NCBI GenBank assembly: GCA_010093995.1
Contig: ML992501.1
Location: 2,975,036 to 2,995,035 of the forward strand
From: Elsinoe ampelina
Lineage: Eukaryota
Length of the DNA: 20,000 bases
Direction of reading: 5' to 3'
Shown here: piece after piece, positions 1 through 10,400 of the stretch
How positions within the stretch are numbered: position 1 is the stretch's first letter
Layout: the number at the start of each line of letters is the position of its first letter
The notes under the pieces: model-generated
Seen by the model: the letters and a program-made list of their open reading frames with translations, nothing else
Told to the model about the DNA's origin: nothing
Databases searched by the model: none
Program-made: the position numbers and the translations under genes

Positions 1-1878
1 CAGATCGACGACAACCATGTGGACCTTGTGATATCTTGTTTTCGGTTGATGCTCATGCGAAGGGAACAACCTCCACTCATTCTCAGCTATTTCGCATTCA
101 TGGATCCGGAGCTGGTGGTCTATCTGGATGAAGCTTCACCGTTCACTCGAGGGACAGTCTTGCGGCGCCTGCAGCGATTCAAAACTCAACTGCTTGCTCA
201 GTCAGCTGGACTCCTGGTCGATAAGACCCACTATGTCAGCCCACACATTACATCATTCTCCATCTGGTTTGAGACAGATGACAGTGAGTTAGTACAAGCT
301 GCAAGCAGCACGATCTATTTTGTGCACTCAATGGCGCAAGAAGCAGTGCGGCGATATCTGATCGAGCGTGGACACGATGCAGACACTCTGGACACCAACT
401 GGGGCCTACTCCTAGCCTGTAAGATTCGTCATCTGCGGTTCGAGCAGGCTTACGGTACATTTGCAGGAGTCTGCAAAGCCTTTGATTCATGTCTCGTTAC
501 TTTGGATTCTATGCCCACCAACCTCCAAGCGCATGCAATCAAAGCCATTCAGACCTTGATGGAGAAGTACTGCACAAAGGTTCGCACTCCAGAGTCTGAA
601 ACCTCAAAGATGCACTGGACATCATACCTGCTTTCTCGCGGATTGACCTCATCCCCAGACATGCGCACCAGATACGGACGTGAGCCAATCGATATGAATA
701 GTGCGGTCGAGGACTTGCGGTATCTCTTCAGCTTGACGGCGCTTGTACCATGGCGTTGGATGCCTGATCTCTCGGACACCTTGTCTCTGTGCGCCTTTAT
801 AGGCTTCCACTCGATCCTTGGAGAAGAGAACATCTCAGAGTTGGAGAGCTCTGCTGGCAGTGTCGTCATAGGACTCGTGGCTGGGCTATTACTGACGAAT
901 TACGCAGACGACCTGGATCAGTACCTCCGTAACAGCGTGAACCTTATCGGCCGTTATGTCGACATGCTCGTACCGAGCTCATTGCAGGAAAACTTGACTA
1001 TCAGGGGCTGCGGAGATGATAGCATCAGCTGTGCAGAGGTGCTTGTCTTTGTTCTCACCACTTTGGTAGTGCAGAACTCAAAGGATGACAAAAGCGCTGG
1101 CTATATGGGGACCTTTCATGGCGGCCGGTTTCATGTTCACGATGACATCCTCAAAGCCCTGTCAAGGCTGATCACGAATCTTATCAACTTTGACAGCTCA
1201 ATCGGGCGGATGAGCTTCGATTTCTACATCAAGATGCCCGTACAGGTCCCTGAAGGCGATCCTGATCTCGACAAGATCTATCTCAAGCTGCGACTGAATT
1301 TAGCAGCACTACTGGAGTGGCTCGAAGGATACGTGACCGGAGATACTTTGGAGGCACTATACGTCGCCATATCAGCCTTGGGCTTAACGCCATCTGCTCA
1401 GATCTGTCATGTCGGTATCATCAAAGAGAGTACCAGACTACGCTGGACACCATCCGAGGAGCAAGTCATCGCGGGAGAGTACCTAACCCTGCTCCTTCGA
1501 CCTCGGCTCTCCAAAGGACCAGAAAAGCTCAGTCTCATCCCTGAGCATGTCCAGGACTGGCTGAACGAACGCATCAAACATTGGGTTGCTGAAGCTGTGC
1601 ACGGGGAGCAAGGTGACCGTCACCGTCAGACGATCATACCACGGGAGGGACCTTCACAACACTGGTACGAAGAGTTTGGAGTCCTGGACTGGTTCGCCGA
1701 GGACGAAAGACTTGCCCACAAACATCGAATGGCGTCCACAGCGAAACGAGGAGATGAGCTACCAATAGAAGAGAAGTCGGACACAGTCGACTCGGGAAAT
1801 TCAATCGAGCGTACGAAGCTGGTCGACGAAGAAATTACCTGCGGAGATGAGGGCACTAGATTATTTCGCTACTACTAG
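1..1878 (+). CDS. 3' portion of a large protein, probably the post-NTPase winged-helix/helical region and C-terminus of a fungal NACHT/STAND (NLR-like) protein; truncated by the window start
   Basis: Frame is open from base 1 (QIDDNHVDLVISCFRLML...) to TAG at 1876-1878, >620 codons; the ORF-track start at 19 is a GTG. The segment RRLQRFKTQLLAQSAGLLV...IYFVHSMAQEAVRRYL resembles the 'RL..RC.GLLE...V.FLHRTV.DFL' motif that follows NACHT domains in fungal NLR-like proteins. No P-loop lies inside the window. Confidence 0.5.
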   Translation, partial: QIDDNHVDLVISCFRLMLMRREQPPLILSYFAFMDPELVVYLDEASPFTRGTVLRRLQRFKTQLLAQSAGLLVDKTHYVSPHITSFSIWFETDDSELVQAASSTIYFVHSMAQEAVRRYLIERGHDADTLDTNWGLLLACKIRHLRFEQAYGTFAGVCKAFDSCLVTLDSMPTNLQAHAIKAIQTLMEKYCTKVRTPESETSKMHWTSYLLSRGLTSSPDMRTRYGREPIDMNSAVEDLRYLFSLTALVPWRWMPDLSDTLSLCAFIGFHSILGEENISELESSAGSVVIGLVAGLLLTNYADDLDQYLRNSVNLIGRYVDMLVPSSLQENLTIRGCGDDSISCAEVLVFVLTTLVVQNSKDDKSAGYMGTFHGGRFHVHDDILKALSRLITNLINFDSSIGRMSFDFYIKMPVQVPEGDPDLDKIYLKLRLNLAALLEWLEGYVTGDTLEALYVAISALGLTPSAQICHVGIIKESTRLRWTPSEEQVIAGEYLTLLLRPRLSKGPEKLSLIPEHVQDWLNERIKHWVAEAVHGEQGDRHRQTIIPREGPSQHWYEEFGVLDWFAEDERLAHKHRMASTAKRGDELPIEEKSDTVDSGNSIERTKLVDEEITCGDEGTRLFRYY

Positions 1879-1920
1879 TCTCATACCCAACGTACCCTCC
1901 TACCATCTGCCTCGGCCGGG

Positions 1921-3705
1921 TCACTTCTCCACCGCCGGCTTCTTCACCGACCTCCACTCCAATCCCAGCGACGCCACCAAAGCCAACACTCCTCCCCCAA
2001 TCCCTACATAAAACACGTTTCTCACACCCTTGTTATACGCCTCCAACACCAACCCCATCTGGCTCTCGGGCACTAAACGTCTAATATCCGTCGCCCCCAC
2101 CCTCGCGATACTCGAGGTATCAAACCCGGGCAAGGACGCCGCCAGCTCGGAGGATAGGGTCTGCGTCAGTACAGCCTGGCAAATGCTCACGAAGACGGTG
2201 GAGCCGAGGATCTGGCAGAAGGTGATGAAGGTGATGCCCGTCGGGACGTCGGTGTCCGCGAGAACGGTTTGGGCGGCCGTGATGGGTTGCTGCAGACAAA
2301 GACCGATACCCGCGCCGACGAGGATCTATCGAAACGTGAGCGGGGACCGGCAGTGTGAGATAGGGGAACAAGTTGCTTACCTGGAAGCCGATCCAGCCTG
2401 CCTTCCCCGTGTCTGGTCGCAGGGTGGTGAAGGCTCCGCTGGCGGCGATGAGGATCGCGGAGCCGAGGATGAGGAAGGGCGTGTAGTAGCCCACTTTTGA
2501 CACCGCGACGCCGCTGATGATAGCGAAGAGGACGGTGGACAGGAAGTAAGGGATCAGCCGGATGCCGGCTTCGCTGGCTGAGACGCCTTGGACTACTTGG
2601 AACCAGAGGGGTAGGTAGAAGGCGGTGATGACGAGTGCTCCGCCGATGCCGACGAAGGAGATGGCTGCTGCGGCGATGGTACGTTGGCGGACGATTCGAG
2701 GAGGCGCGGTGCCGTTTTCTTGGACCCAGAGCTGGGCGAGGGCGAAGGCGATCATGAGGAGGACGCCGACTACTAGAGTTGCGATCACGCGGGCGTCGGT
2801 CCAGGGGTAGATGATGCCGCCCCATTGGAGGGCGAGCAAGAGGCAGAGAAGGCCGGGGAAGATACATGCGTTACCGAGAGGGTCGAATTTCTTTGCGACG
2901 TCGAGCCAGGTGCCTTCGATTTTGTCCAGAGCTGGTGAAGCTGGTAGAACAAAGATCAGTCCGATCAGAGCGATCGCGCCTACTGGTAGAGAGATGTAGA
3001 AGCACCACCGCCAGCTGACGTGCGTGGTGAAGGCGCCCCCGAGGATCGGCCCGACGACCGACGATAGACCGAACATGGCACCTAGCAGACCTTGCCACTT
3101 TGGTCGCTTCTCTAGCGGCAAGATGTCTCGAACGATGATTTGCGTCCCGACGAGGATGCCCGCAGCCCCAACACCAGTGATGGCGCGGCCGATGATGAAA
3201 GCGACTGAGTTAGGCGCTGTAGCGCATACTACGCTGCCGATCTCGAAGATGATGACGCTGGTGACGGTAGTCCATTTGGCTGGGAAGTACTTCTGGAGGA
3301 GTGTCAGCGGATGTTGGAGGACAACGCAGGAGTGGCGTGCGTAGATCTTTCCCATTGGAAGCTGGAAGACGCAATTGCAGAGTGTGAATGCTGTCTGGTA
3401 CCACGAGATGTCACCGAAGCTTTGGAACTCGTCTGAGATGGCTGGGACGGCTACTCCGACTATGGTGCGGTCCTGGTAGGCGTGTTAGTGTGGGGAGGGA
3501 GGAAGAGTGTTAGGGATGGTGATGGAGAACGTACGAGAGCGGCTAGGAAGAAGGCGAGGCAGATGCTGATCATGGTTGGTAGGACCACCTTGAGGGGCGG
3601 ATAGACTCGCTCGGGAGTGTCCTTGCTATGACAATCATGATCTGGCTCTTTCTCGATATCCTTTGGGATATTGCTCGGCCGAATATTTTCCGCTGGTGAA
3701 GCCAT
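1921..3705 (-). CDS. MFS drug/toxin efflux pump, DHA2 (14-TMS) family, ~539 aa, 4 exons: 3705-3535, 3472-3341, 3292-2381, 2325-1921
   Basis: Spliced translation gives DHA2 motifs: FLAAL|DRTIVGVAVPAISDEF..GDISWY, FQLPMGKIY|KYF, FEIGSVVCATAPNSVAFIIGRAITGVGAAG, GPILGGAFTTHVSWRWCFYISLP, LLLALQWGG, YLPLWFQVVQG. Introns: 3534-3473 (GTACGT..CTAAC..CAG), 3340-3293 (GCACGC..CTGAC..CAG) and 2380-2326 (GTAAGC..CTCAC..TAG). Exon sum is 1620 nt, a multiple of 3. Confidence 0.93.
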
Positions 3706-3997
3706 AGATTGGATTGGGCGAAGGGTAAAGCAGACTGTTTCCACGAAAGTGTGGGAGATAGTATCATTCAATGACCAGAGACACTGTCATATATGTAGTC
3801 CTAATCATCTGTGACGTGTGCATGTCTTTTCCTGGTGGCCATTGAACCATGCTCGGTCGTCCGCGCGAGCTCTATATATCGGGCGCGGGCCCGAGCCCGA
3901 AGCGCTTCTCTCCTCAAAGCTGACCTCCCCTCTAATAAGCTATGCATACACACCACAATGTGATCAACATGGTCTTTCTTTTGGATCCTATGATCAT
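3706..3997. promoter_or_regulatory. Shared divergent promoter (292 bp) of the MFS and Zn2Cys6 genes, with a TATATA box and CGG/CCG-rich palindromes
   Basis: Head-to-head ATGs at 3705(-) and 3998(+). TATATA at 3873-3878, CGG-N4-CCG at 3854-3863 and the 22-nt near-palindrome TCGGGCGCGGGCCCGAGCCCGA at 3879-3900. Confidence 0.6.
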
Positions 3998-6190
3998 ATG
4001 GAGTCGTCATCACTCGCACTTGCAAACACAAGCTGCATTCATTGCGCGAAGCGCAAGGTAAAATGCGATCGCCAGATCCCCTGCTCGAGATGCAAGCAAA
4101 GGGGTGGACCACGGTGCGAGTATGCTGCTGGTGATGGGGCTGTCAAGGGCCAGACAGGCCAGGCTCTCGTCAAGTCCCAGCAGGACAGAATCGCTCAGTT
4201 GGAGAACATCATTCGTGAATCTGGTGGAACACTACCAGGCGGTCTCTCGATCAGCTCGCCAACAGTGGCTGCAGAAGTGGAAGCACCTGTACTACAAATT
4301 GACCAGGGCCTAAGTGATCGGCAACATGGCAGTCGTAAGCGAGCGAGACTCTCCGCCCTTGAGGGCGATGGAACACGTCAAGGACCAGACGGCGGCCTTG
4401 TCGAGCGCGAGGAAGACACGGCTTACATTGAGGCGTGAGTAGTCATCTGCTCGTGACATAGCAGCAAAACGCATTAACATGTACAACGTAGACCCATATG
4501 GTTCGGATGGGATGAGACAAAGCAGCAAAGAGAGCACTCGACGAATGCACAAGTCGCTGTGGGACCAATCATCGATATGGCAGACGATAATCCCAAGGGG
4601 TACTACCACACTCTACTCCAAGCTACCGACCGATTCGAGACTTTTGATGCGTTGCCTACACACGTCTCGCGGCAGCTTTGGCAGGCATACTTGACCAATG
4701 TACACCCCCTGACTAAGTTGTTCTTTGATTGGGACAAGGCGACGCTCATGGAGCGTGCAGCTGCGGATTTTGGTTGTCTGAGCGATGGTCAGCGGGCATT
4801 CGTGACAGCGATGTACTTCCTCGCTACGCTGAGTCTGTCCGAGGATGAGTGTACCTCGACGTTTGGCAACACAACTCCAAGCAAGGATGAGCTACTGCTG
4901 AGCTTGCAACGGTCGACCGAGTCGGCTTTGCTGGCCGCAAGGTATGCCTCCACTGGAGAGCTGCAGGTCTTGCAAGCTATAGTCATGTACATCGTGAGTA
5001 TCCCCCGCTCACTAAGAGTACTCTTGCTGACAGGGAACAGCTCGCTATGCGCAATCGCGCTCGCCCAGCTGAATGCTTCTCTCTTCAGGGCATTGCCGTT
5101 CGCATCGCTCAAAGAATAGGCATTCACCGTGATGGGGACGAGCTGGGCCTCCCGCCAGCCAAAGCTGAGGAGCGACGTCGCACATGGTGGCAGATGCAGT
5201 ACATGGAGATCATGATCAGCCAGCTCCTGGGATGTATTTCAGTCACACTGTACTGCAACTGGGACGCAAAGCTGCCTTCCAATCTCGACGACGAGGACGT
5301 CAAAGCCGACACGAGAGAACTACCACCAGAACGTGAAGGTTTGACGAGCATGTCCTACTGCTTGTGGAGGTATGAGATTCCTCATATCCAGCGACAGAAC
5401 TGGAATCCCACTCACGGAGCCATCTGGGGGTCTTCGAGCAGACTATCATCCGAGAAGAAGAAGATGCTGATGGAAGGGTTGCGGAAGCACTTTGGCGAAA
5501 AGTACCTTCAGTACTGCGAGCTCGTAAACCCTCTCCATGTCCAGATCCAGATAGGGCTGAACAGTACGCTGTTGGCATTACAGAGGGCTATACTGCAGCC
5601 AACAGTCGGGGTCAGTAGACTGTCTAGTATGGCTCCAGAAGACCGCGAAGAGCTGTTGAAGATCTGCAAGAAGACCATGGACTACTATCTGCTCACGCAA
5701 ACGGATGCCTCCCTGGTAGGATTCCGCTGGCATAACGAGTGTTGGTTTCAATGGACAGCTTGTAGGTCCCTCCATTCAGCGAATGATCATTAGCTTACGT
5801 AGCACAGTCGTCTACCTCCTCGTGGAGACAGAACGCCGGGCCTCTGCACCAGAAGCCGCTAGTCTCTGGACACTGATCGAGAAGGTCTGCAATGCTCACC
5901 CTAAGATCACAACCCACACGGCTCGTCCAGACGTCTCAGCCATCGGTCGTCTGATCCTGCTCGCCTGGCAGAGGCGGACCGAGTATCTGCTCACAGAGGG
6001 CAGACAAGAAGCCAAACCGTCTTGTGTTGAGATTTTCGAAACTGCCTACGGCAACGCTACAGGGCCTGGAGAGACCAATTTTCAAGACAACGGTCTCCTC
6101 GGTGACGCCGACTTTGACCTCGACCTCATAGATTGGTCAAGCTGGGAAGTGGGGGAGTTCTGGCCTGATACCTACGAAAGCACAACTTGA
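3998..6190 (+). CDS. Zn(II)2Cys6 transcription factor with Fungal_trans (middle homology) domain, ~680 aa, 4 exons: 3998-4434, 4492-4993, 5041-5761, 5808-6190
   Basis: Zinc cluster CIHCAKRKVKCDRQIPCSRCKQRGGPRC. Middle-homology motifs LWQAYLTNVHPLTKL, LQVLQAIVMYI, GIAVRIAQRIGIHRDG, EERRRTWW and KLPSNLDD. Introns 4435-4491 (GTGAGT..TAG), 4994-5040 (GTGAGT..CAG) and 5762-5807 (GTAGGT..CAG) join the four ORF pieces in frame (2043 nt). Confidence 0.92.
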
Positions 6191-6257
6191 GACAGTGTGC
6201 ACACAGCTACCCTCAATCTACCCTCTCACTCCACTCTCCCCACGCATCCCCCAAGCC

Positions 6258-6696
6258 TCACTGTACTTTCAACACAACCCTCCCCAACCCCTCATCCCGC
6301 TCAAATGCTCCCTTCAACCCCTCCAACTCCCCCACATCCCACGAATTCATCACAAAACTCCCCTGCAAAAACGCCCCCTGCTCACTCGCCAACCAAACCG
6401 CCAACCCCGCCGGCAGACTCACATCATCCCAATCCAGACTCCCCTCGTCCAGCCCCGCATCCCTCGCTGGGTCCGTGAGGACTGTGCCTGGGTTGAAGGA
6501 ATGCACCCTCACACCCTTGTCCTGATGCTCCTGTGCCACGTGGCGGAGCCAGGAGGAGAATGCCCCCTTTGTGGCGCCGTAGAGGGAGAGGAAAGGGTAC
6601 AGCACGTGAGAAGCGTTGGTGCTGACGTCGTGGATGGTTCTCTTTACCGCAGGGTCGGCGGAATTGGAAAGGAAGGCGCGCACGACGTTGATGTTC
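6258..6696 (-). pseudogene. 3' half of a short-chain dehydrogenase/reductase (SDR) gene lacking its N-terminal Rossmann fold
   Basis: NINVVRAFL...IHDVST...YGATK (catalytic YxxxK)...VRVHSFNPGTVLTD...WDDVSLPAGLAVWLASEQGAFLQG...NSWDV is a typical fungal SDR C-terminal half. No TGxxxGxG or NNAG motif was found upstream in any frame; the upstream DNA encodes a zinc cluster instead. Confidence 0.8.
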
Positions 6697-6927
6697 CTCG
6701 ACGTGGCCAGGAATTGCCACGGGTGCCAGCTCACTGTTCTGGGTGGTAAATCCTGCTCCGTCGTCATCGACCATAGATGTCCCAGGCTGCTGTGCCCTTT
6801 GCCGGCCAATATAACGGCAAATAGTACCTTTCGCGATGCATCTTTGGCATTGCGGCGTTGAGCGATCACACTTTCGTTTAGTCTGAATACAGGCCAAGCA
6901 TGACTTGTGTCGGGATGGCCCAGGCAT
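6424..6927 (-). pseudogene. Truncated Zn2Cys6 transcription factor (DNA-binding domain plus ~40 aa) running out of frame into the SDR remnant
   Basis: MPGPSRHKSCLACIQTKRKCDRSTPQCQRCIAKGTICRY is an intact six-Cys cluster after the ATG at 6927. From ~6696 this frame is just the alternative reading of the SDR codons and stops at 6424. No Fungal_trans or activation domain follows. Confidence 0.75.
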
Positions 6928-7448
6928 GTCGATACATTGTGTCCGCTATGCTTGGCTTTGCCTGGCCGCGCGGCAACGATGAGAACAGTAAAGTTCCTGA
7001 CGGTACGACAAGATGCAACATGGGCGGGAATGAAGGTCCACTGGCGTCCGCAAGCCCCAAAAACTCCGCTTCGTCATCCATGGATCAGCACCCTTTGCTC
7101 CCGAGCGGTGCCGGGGTTTGGTTCACAAGCCTTTTGATGACATTTCTCTCACCGTCCTGAAAGCCCAACGCCCGCTGCCTCGGGGCGGACAACACCATCG
7201 AGATGTGGGATCCGACACCTCATGCATAGTCGTCCAAGTCCAACGGTGGCGGTTTAGGGTGGAGGGGGGTGAGGCGGGTGAGGCGGGTGGCGCAGCGCGG
7301 AGAACATCCTGACCTTTTGCCGAAAGCAGATTGTGGCTTCAGCTCAATCCGTCCTACTCGTACCATCCATCTCAGCTGCGAGTACCACTTTGCCCATTCG
7401 CACCTACGTCGCCATATTCGCGATGCACCATGATCCGGGACAGGCACT

Positions 7449-10400
7449 ATGGCGGACCAGGAACAGCTTGGGAGTGCCCATTTTTACACGATCGGCTGGA
7501 TCGCTGCACTCCCCATGGAGAGAGCAGCAGCGCTTGCCATGCTGGATCAGACGCACAGGCAGCCAAAAGGGTTCATGAAGCATCACAGCGACTCTAACCA
7601 GTATGCTTGGGGCTCGATTGGCGGGCACAATATTGCCATCGCGTCACTCCCTTCCGGAAGGTACGGCACAGTCTCTGCAGCTGGGACCGCACATTGTATG
7701 CAAGCTTCATTGCCCAGTGTGAAACTCGGTCTTTTGGTAGGAATCGGTGCCGGCATACCGCGTCTCGAAAAGGGTCACGACATCCGACTTGGTGATGTCG
7801 TGGTAAGCATGCCAACCAATCAAAGCTCTGGAGTGATACAATACGACCTTGGGAAGGCTCAGAAGAATGGCGTATTCAAAATTGTCGGACATTTGAACAG
7901 TCCTCCTGAAGCTCTGCTGAAAGCTGTCGCTGCTCTAGAGGCTGAGTATTTCCTGCGCAAGCCGAGAATATCCCGATATCTGGAAGAAATGTTGCAGGCG
8001 TATCCTCACATGTCAATGGGCAGCTCCAGCACGCCAGCTGGGTTTGTCTACCAAGGTCACAACCACGACAGACTATTCACTCCAGATGCACTGCATGTTG
8101 AACCGACCGGAGAGCCTATCAGCTCGACTGACGACACTCGAAGTTGTTCAGCTTGCAGTCCAGCAGCTGAAATCTTCCGGCAAGCACGAAAGACATCCGA
8201 CCCTAGCGTACATTATGGCATAATCGCATCTGGAGATACCGTCGTCAAAGATGGTCTCAGCCGTCAAGCAATTCTCGACCGACTCGGCGACGATTGCATG
8301 TGCTTTGAGATGGAAGCTGCCGGACTCATGAACACGTTTCCATGCTTGGTGGTACGAGGTATTTGTGATTACGCAGATACACACAAGAATGATAGATGGC
8401 AGCCATATGCGGCGGCCACAGCAGCAGCCTACGTCAAGGAGCTACTTTCGATGGTTGATGCTCAGGACGTAGATCCGACTCCCACAATCGCTAATGTGAT
8501 GCATCGAGGTAAGTCTCTAGCCCTCTGACAATTCTTACAACCTGACGGCTACAGTTGAAAGAATACAGGAGTCAGTCATAACCCTTCAACATTCGATTCT
8601 AGAATCGAAGCGACCATTATTGCTACCGGGGCTACCCGATGTCAGAGCCGCCGCCTTCGACTATGAGGATGACGAGAAGAATGTTGTTTGTCTTGAAGAG
8701 ACAAGGGTCGATCTCCTCCAAAATATCTACAACTGGGCGAACAACGATGAAGACAAACCGATTTTCTGGCTCAATGGCATCGCAGGCACTGGTAAATCGA
8801 CTATCGCTCGGACAGTTGCCCTACGATGGAGCAAACAAGAGAGGCTCGGTGCAAGCTTCTTCTTCAAGCGAGGAGAAAGGCTGAGAAGCTCCGCGCCGCT
8901 GCTGCTCAGCACTGTTGCTTCACAGTTGGCTCAACGTTTTGACGAGATTCGCGAGTCGTTGAGAGAGATCCTCGCTACCAACCCTCAAGCTACTACCAGG
9001 GGTTTGACCGAGCAGTTTCAACTCTTCCTTCTCGAACCACTGAAAGCATCGGGCATTACAACACTTGAATCCCAGATCTTGGTCATAGATGCCTTGGATG
9101 AGTGTGCAGATGAGAACGACACGAGTACTCTGATCAAACTGCTTGCAGCTACGAGCCATCAGACACGATTGCGTTGCTTCGTTACTTGCAGACCTGAAGC
9201 TACCATCCTGGAGCGATTTGCTAGCATTGACTCCAAGACCTACCACAATATTGTTCTGCATCAAGTGACGGAATCAAGCATCGAATCCGACCTAGAGACA
9301 TATCTGTGGCACGAATTTGACTTCCAAAAGTCCAAGGTACGCAACAAGTCAAGAGCAGACCTCTGTGATCCGACTTGGCCGGCAGCAGGCGACCTCAAGA
9401 ACCTAGCAAGACTTGCGAGACCTTTATTCATTTTTGCTGCTACTGTATGCCGGTACATTTGGGGACAAGGAGCAGACCCACGCGAACGCCTTGACGAGAT
9501 CCTTAACAGCCCAAGATTTGACAGCCTACCACAAATGGAGAGAACATACCTACCAGTCGTCGATCGGATTGTGCGGAACGGCAACGCGGAGCTGGCCATG
9601 AAAGGATGGATCCGCGACCTCTTAGGAACGATTCTGATCTTGTTCCAGCCGCTGTCAAGATCTTCCCTCTGCGACTTCGGTCTGAGGGATCAATGTTCTC
9701 TTCTGCCTGATCTACATTCGGTTCTCGACATTCCCACATCCGAAAATGCCCCAATTCGTCCCCTTCATCTATCATTCCAGGAATTTATCATAGCACAATC
9801 GGGTCATATCAACGACAAAGACTGGTACCGTGTCCCAGAAAAAGAAGCCCATCTTGAAATGTCCAAAAGATGTCTCCAATATCTCATGGTACCTGGAAGA
9901 CTTTCTCGAAACCCACTGCGCCTGGCAAGGCTCGACACCACCAGACAAGATGTCAGCAGAGACTTGCTGAAGAACGTCATCGGGGTGGAGCTATCATATG
10001 CCTGTAGATACTGGGTCGATCATCTTTTGCAAAGTCGAGACACTACGTTGTATCAAACTTCAGTCCTCGGTTTCTTGGAAAAACATCTGCTCCATTGGAT
10101 CGAGGTACTATTGTGGCTGGATGAGTGCGAGAAGTGCTTGACACAGATCAAGACAATTGCCGCTTCTGCCCTGGTAGGTATGCCCAGCCATCTTGATCAT
10201 CCTGAGTCTGACGGGCCCAGCCACTGGGTAATGACAATCTCAACGGACTTCTCTACGATGCTAGCAGACTCATTGGGGTTCATTACCACGCCATCGCCTC
10301 ATCTCCACTACAACTCTATGCTTCAGCCCTGTTGTACAGTCCCACTACCAGCATAATCCGTCACAGTCAACAGCCTGAAATGCCTCCGAGTATCAGTCTA

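Noticed and set aside
2030..3344. Overlapping alternative-frame and antisense ORFs in the MFS gene (similar ones occur in the SDR remnant and catalase)
   Set aside because: Expected by-products of high GC3 codon usage; low-complexity Arg/Pro-rich translations.
6258..6869. 203-aa ORF treated as an intact SDR gene
   Set aside because: GTG start, the first ~57 residues are an off-frame reading of the zinc-cluster exon, and there is no cofactor-binding motif.
1921..6927. Complete secondary-metabolite biosynthetic cluster
   Set aside because: No PKS, NRPS, terpene synthase or other backbone gene in the window; only a transporter, regulators and an SDR fragment.
8461..8640. Amyloid signalling motif in the NLR effector-NACHT linker
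   Set aside because: The linker (VERIQESVITLQHSILE) looks like a short coiled segment with no G/N/Q-rich HRAM, PP or sigma pattern.
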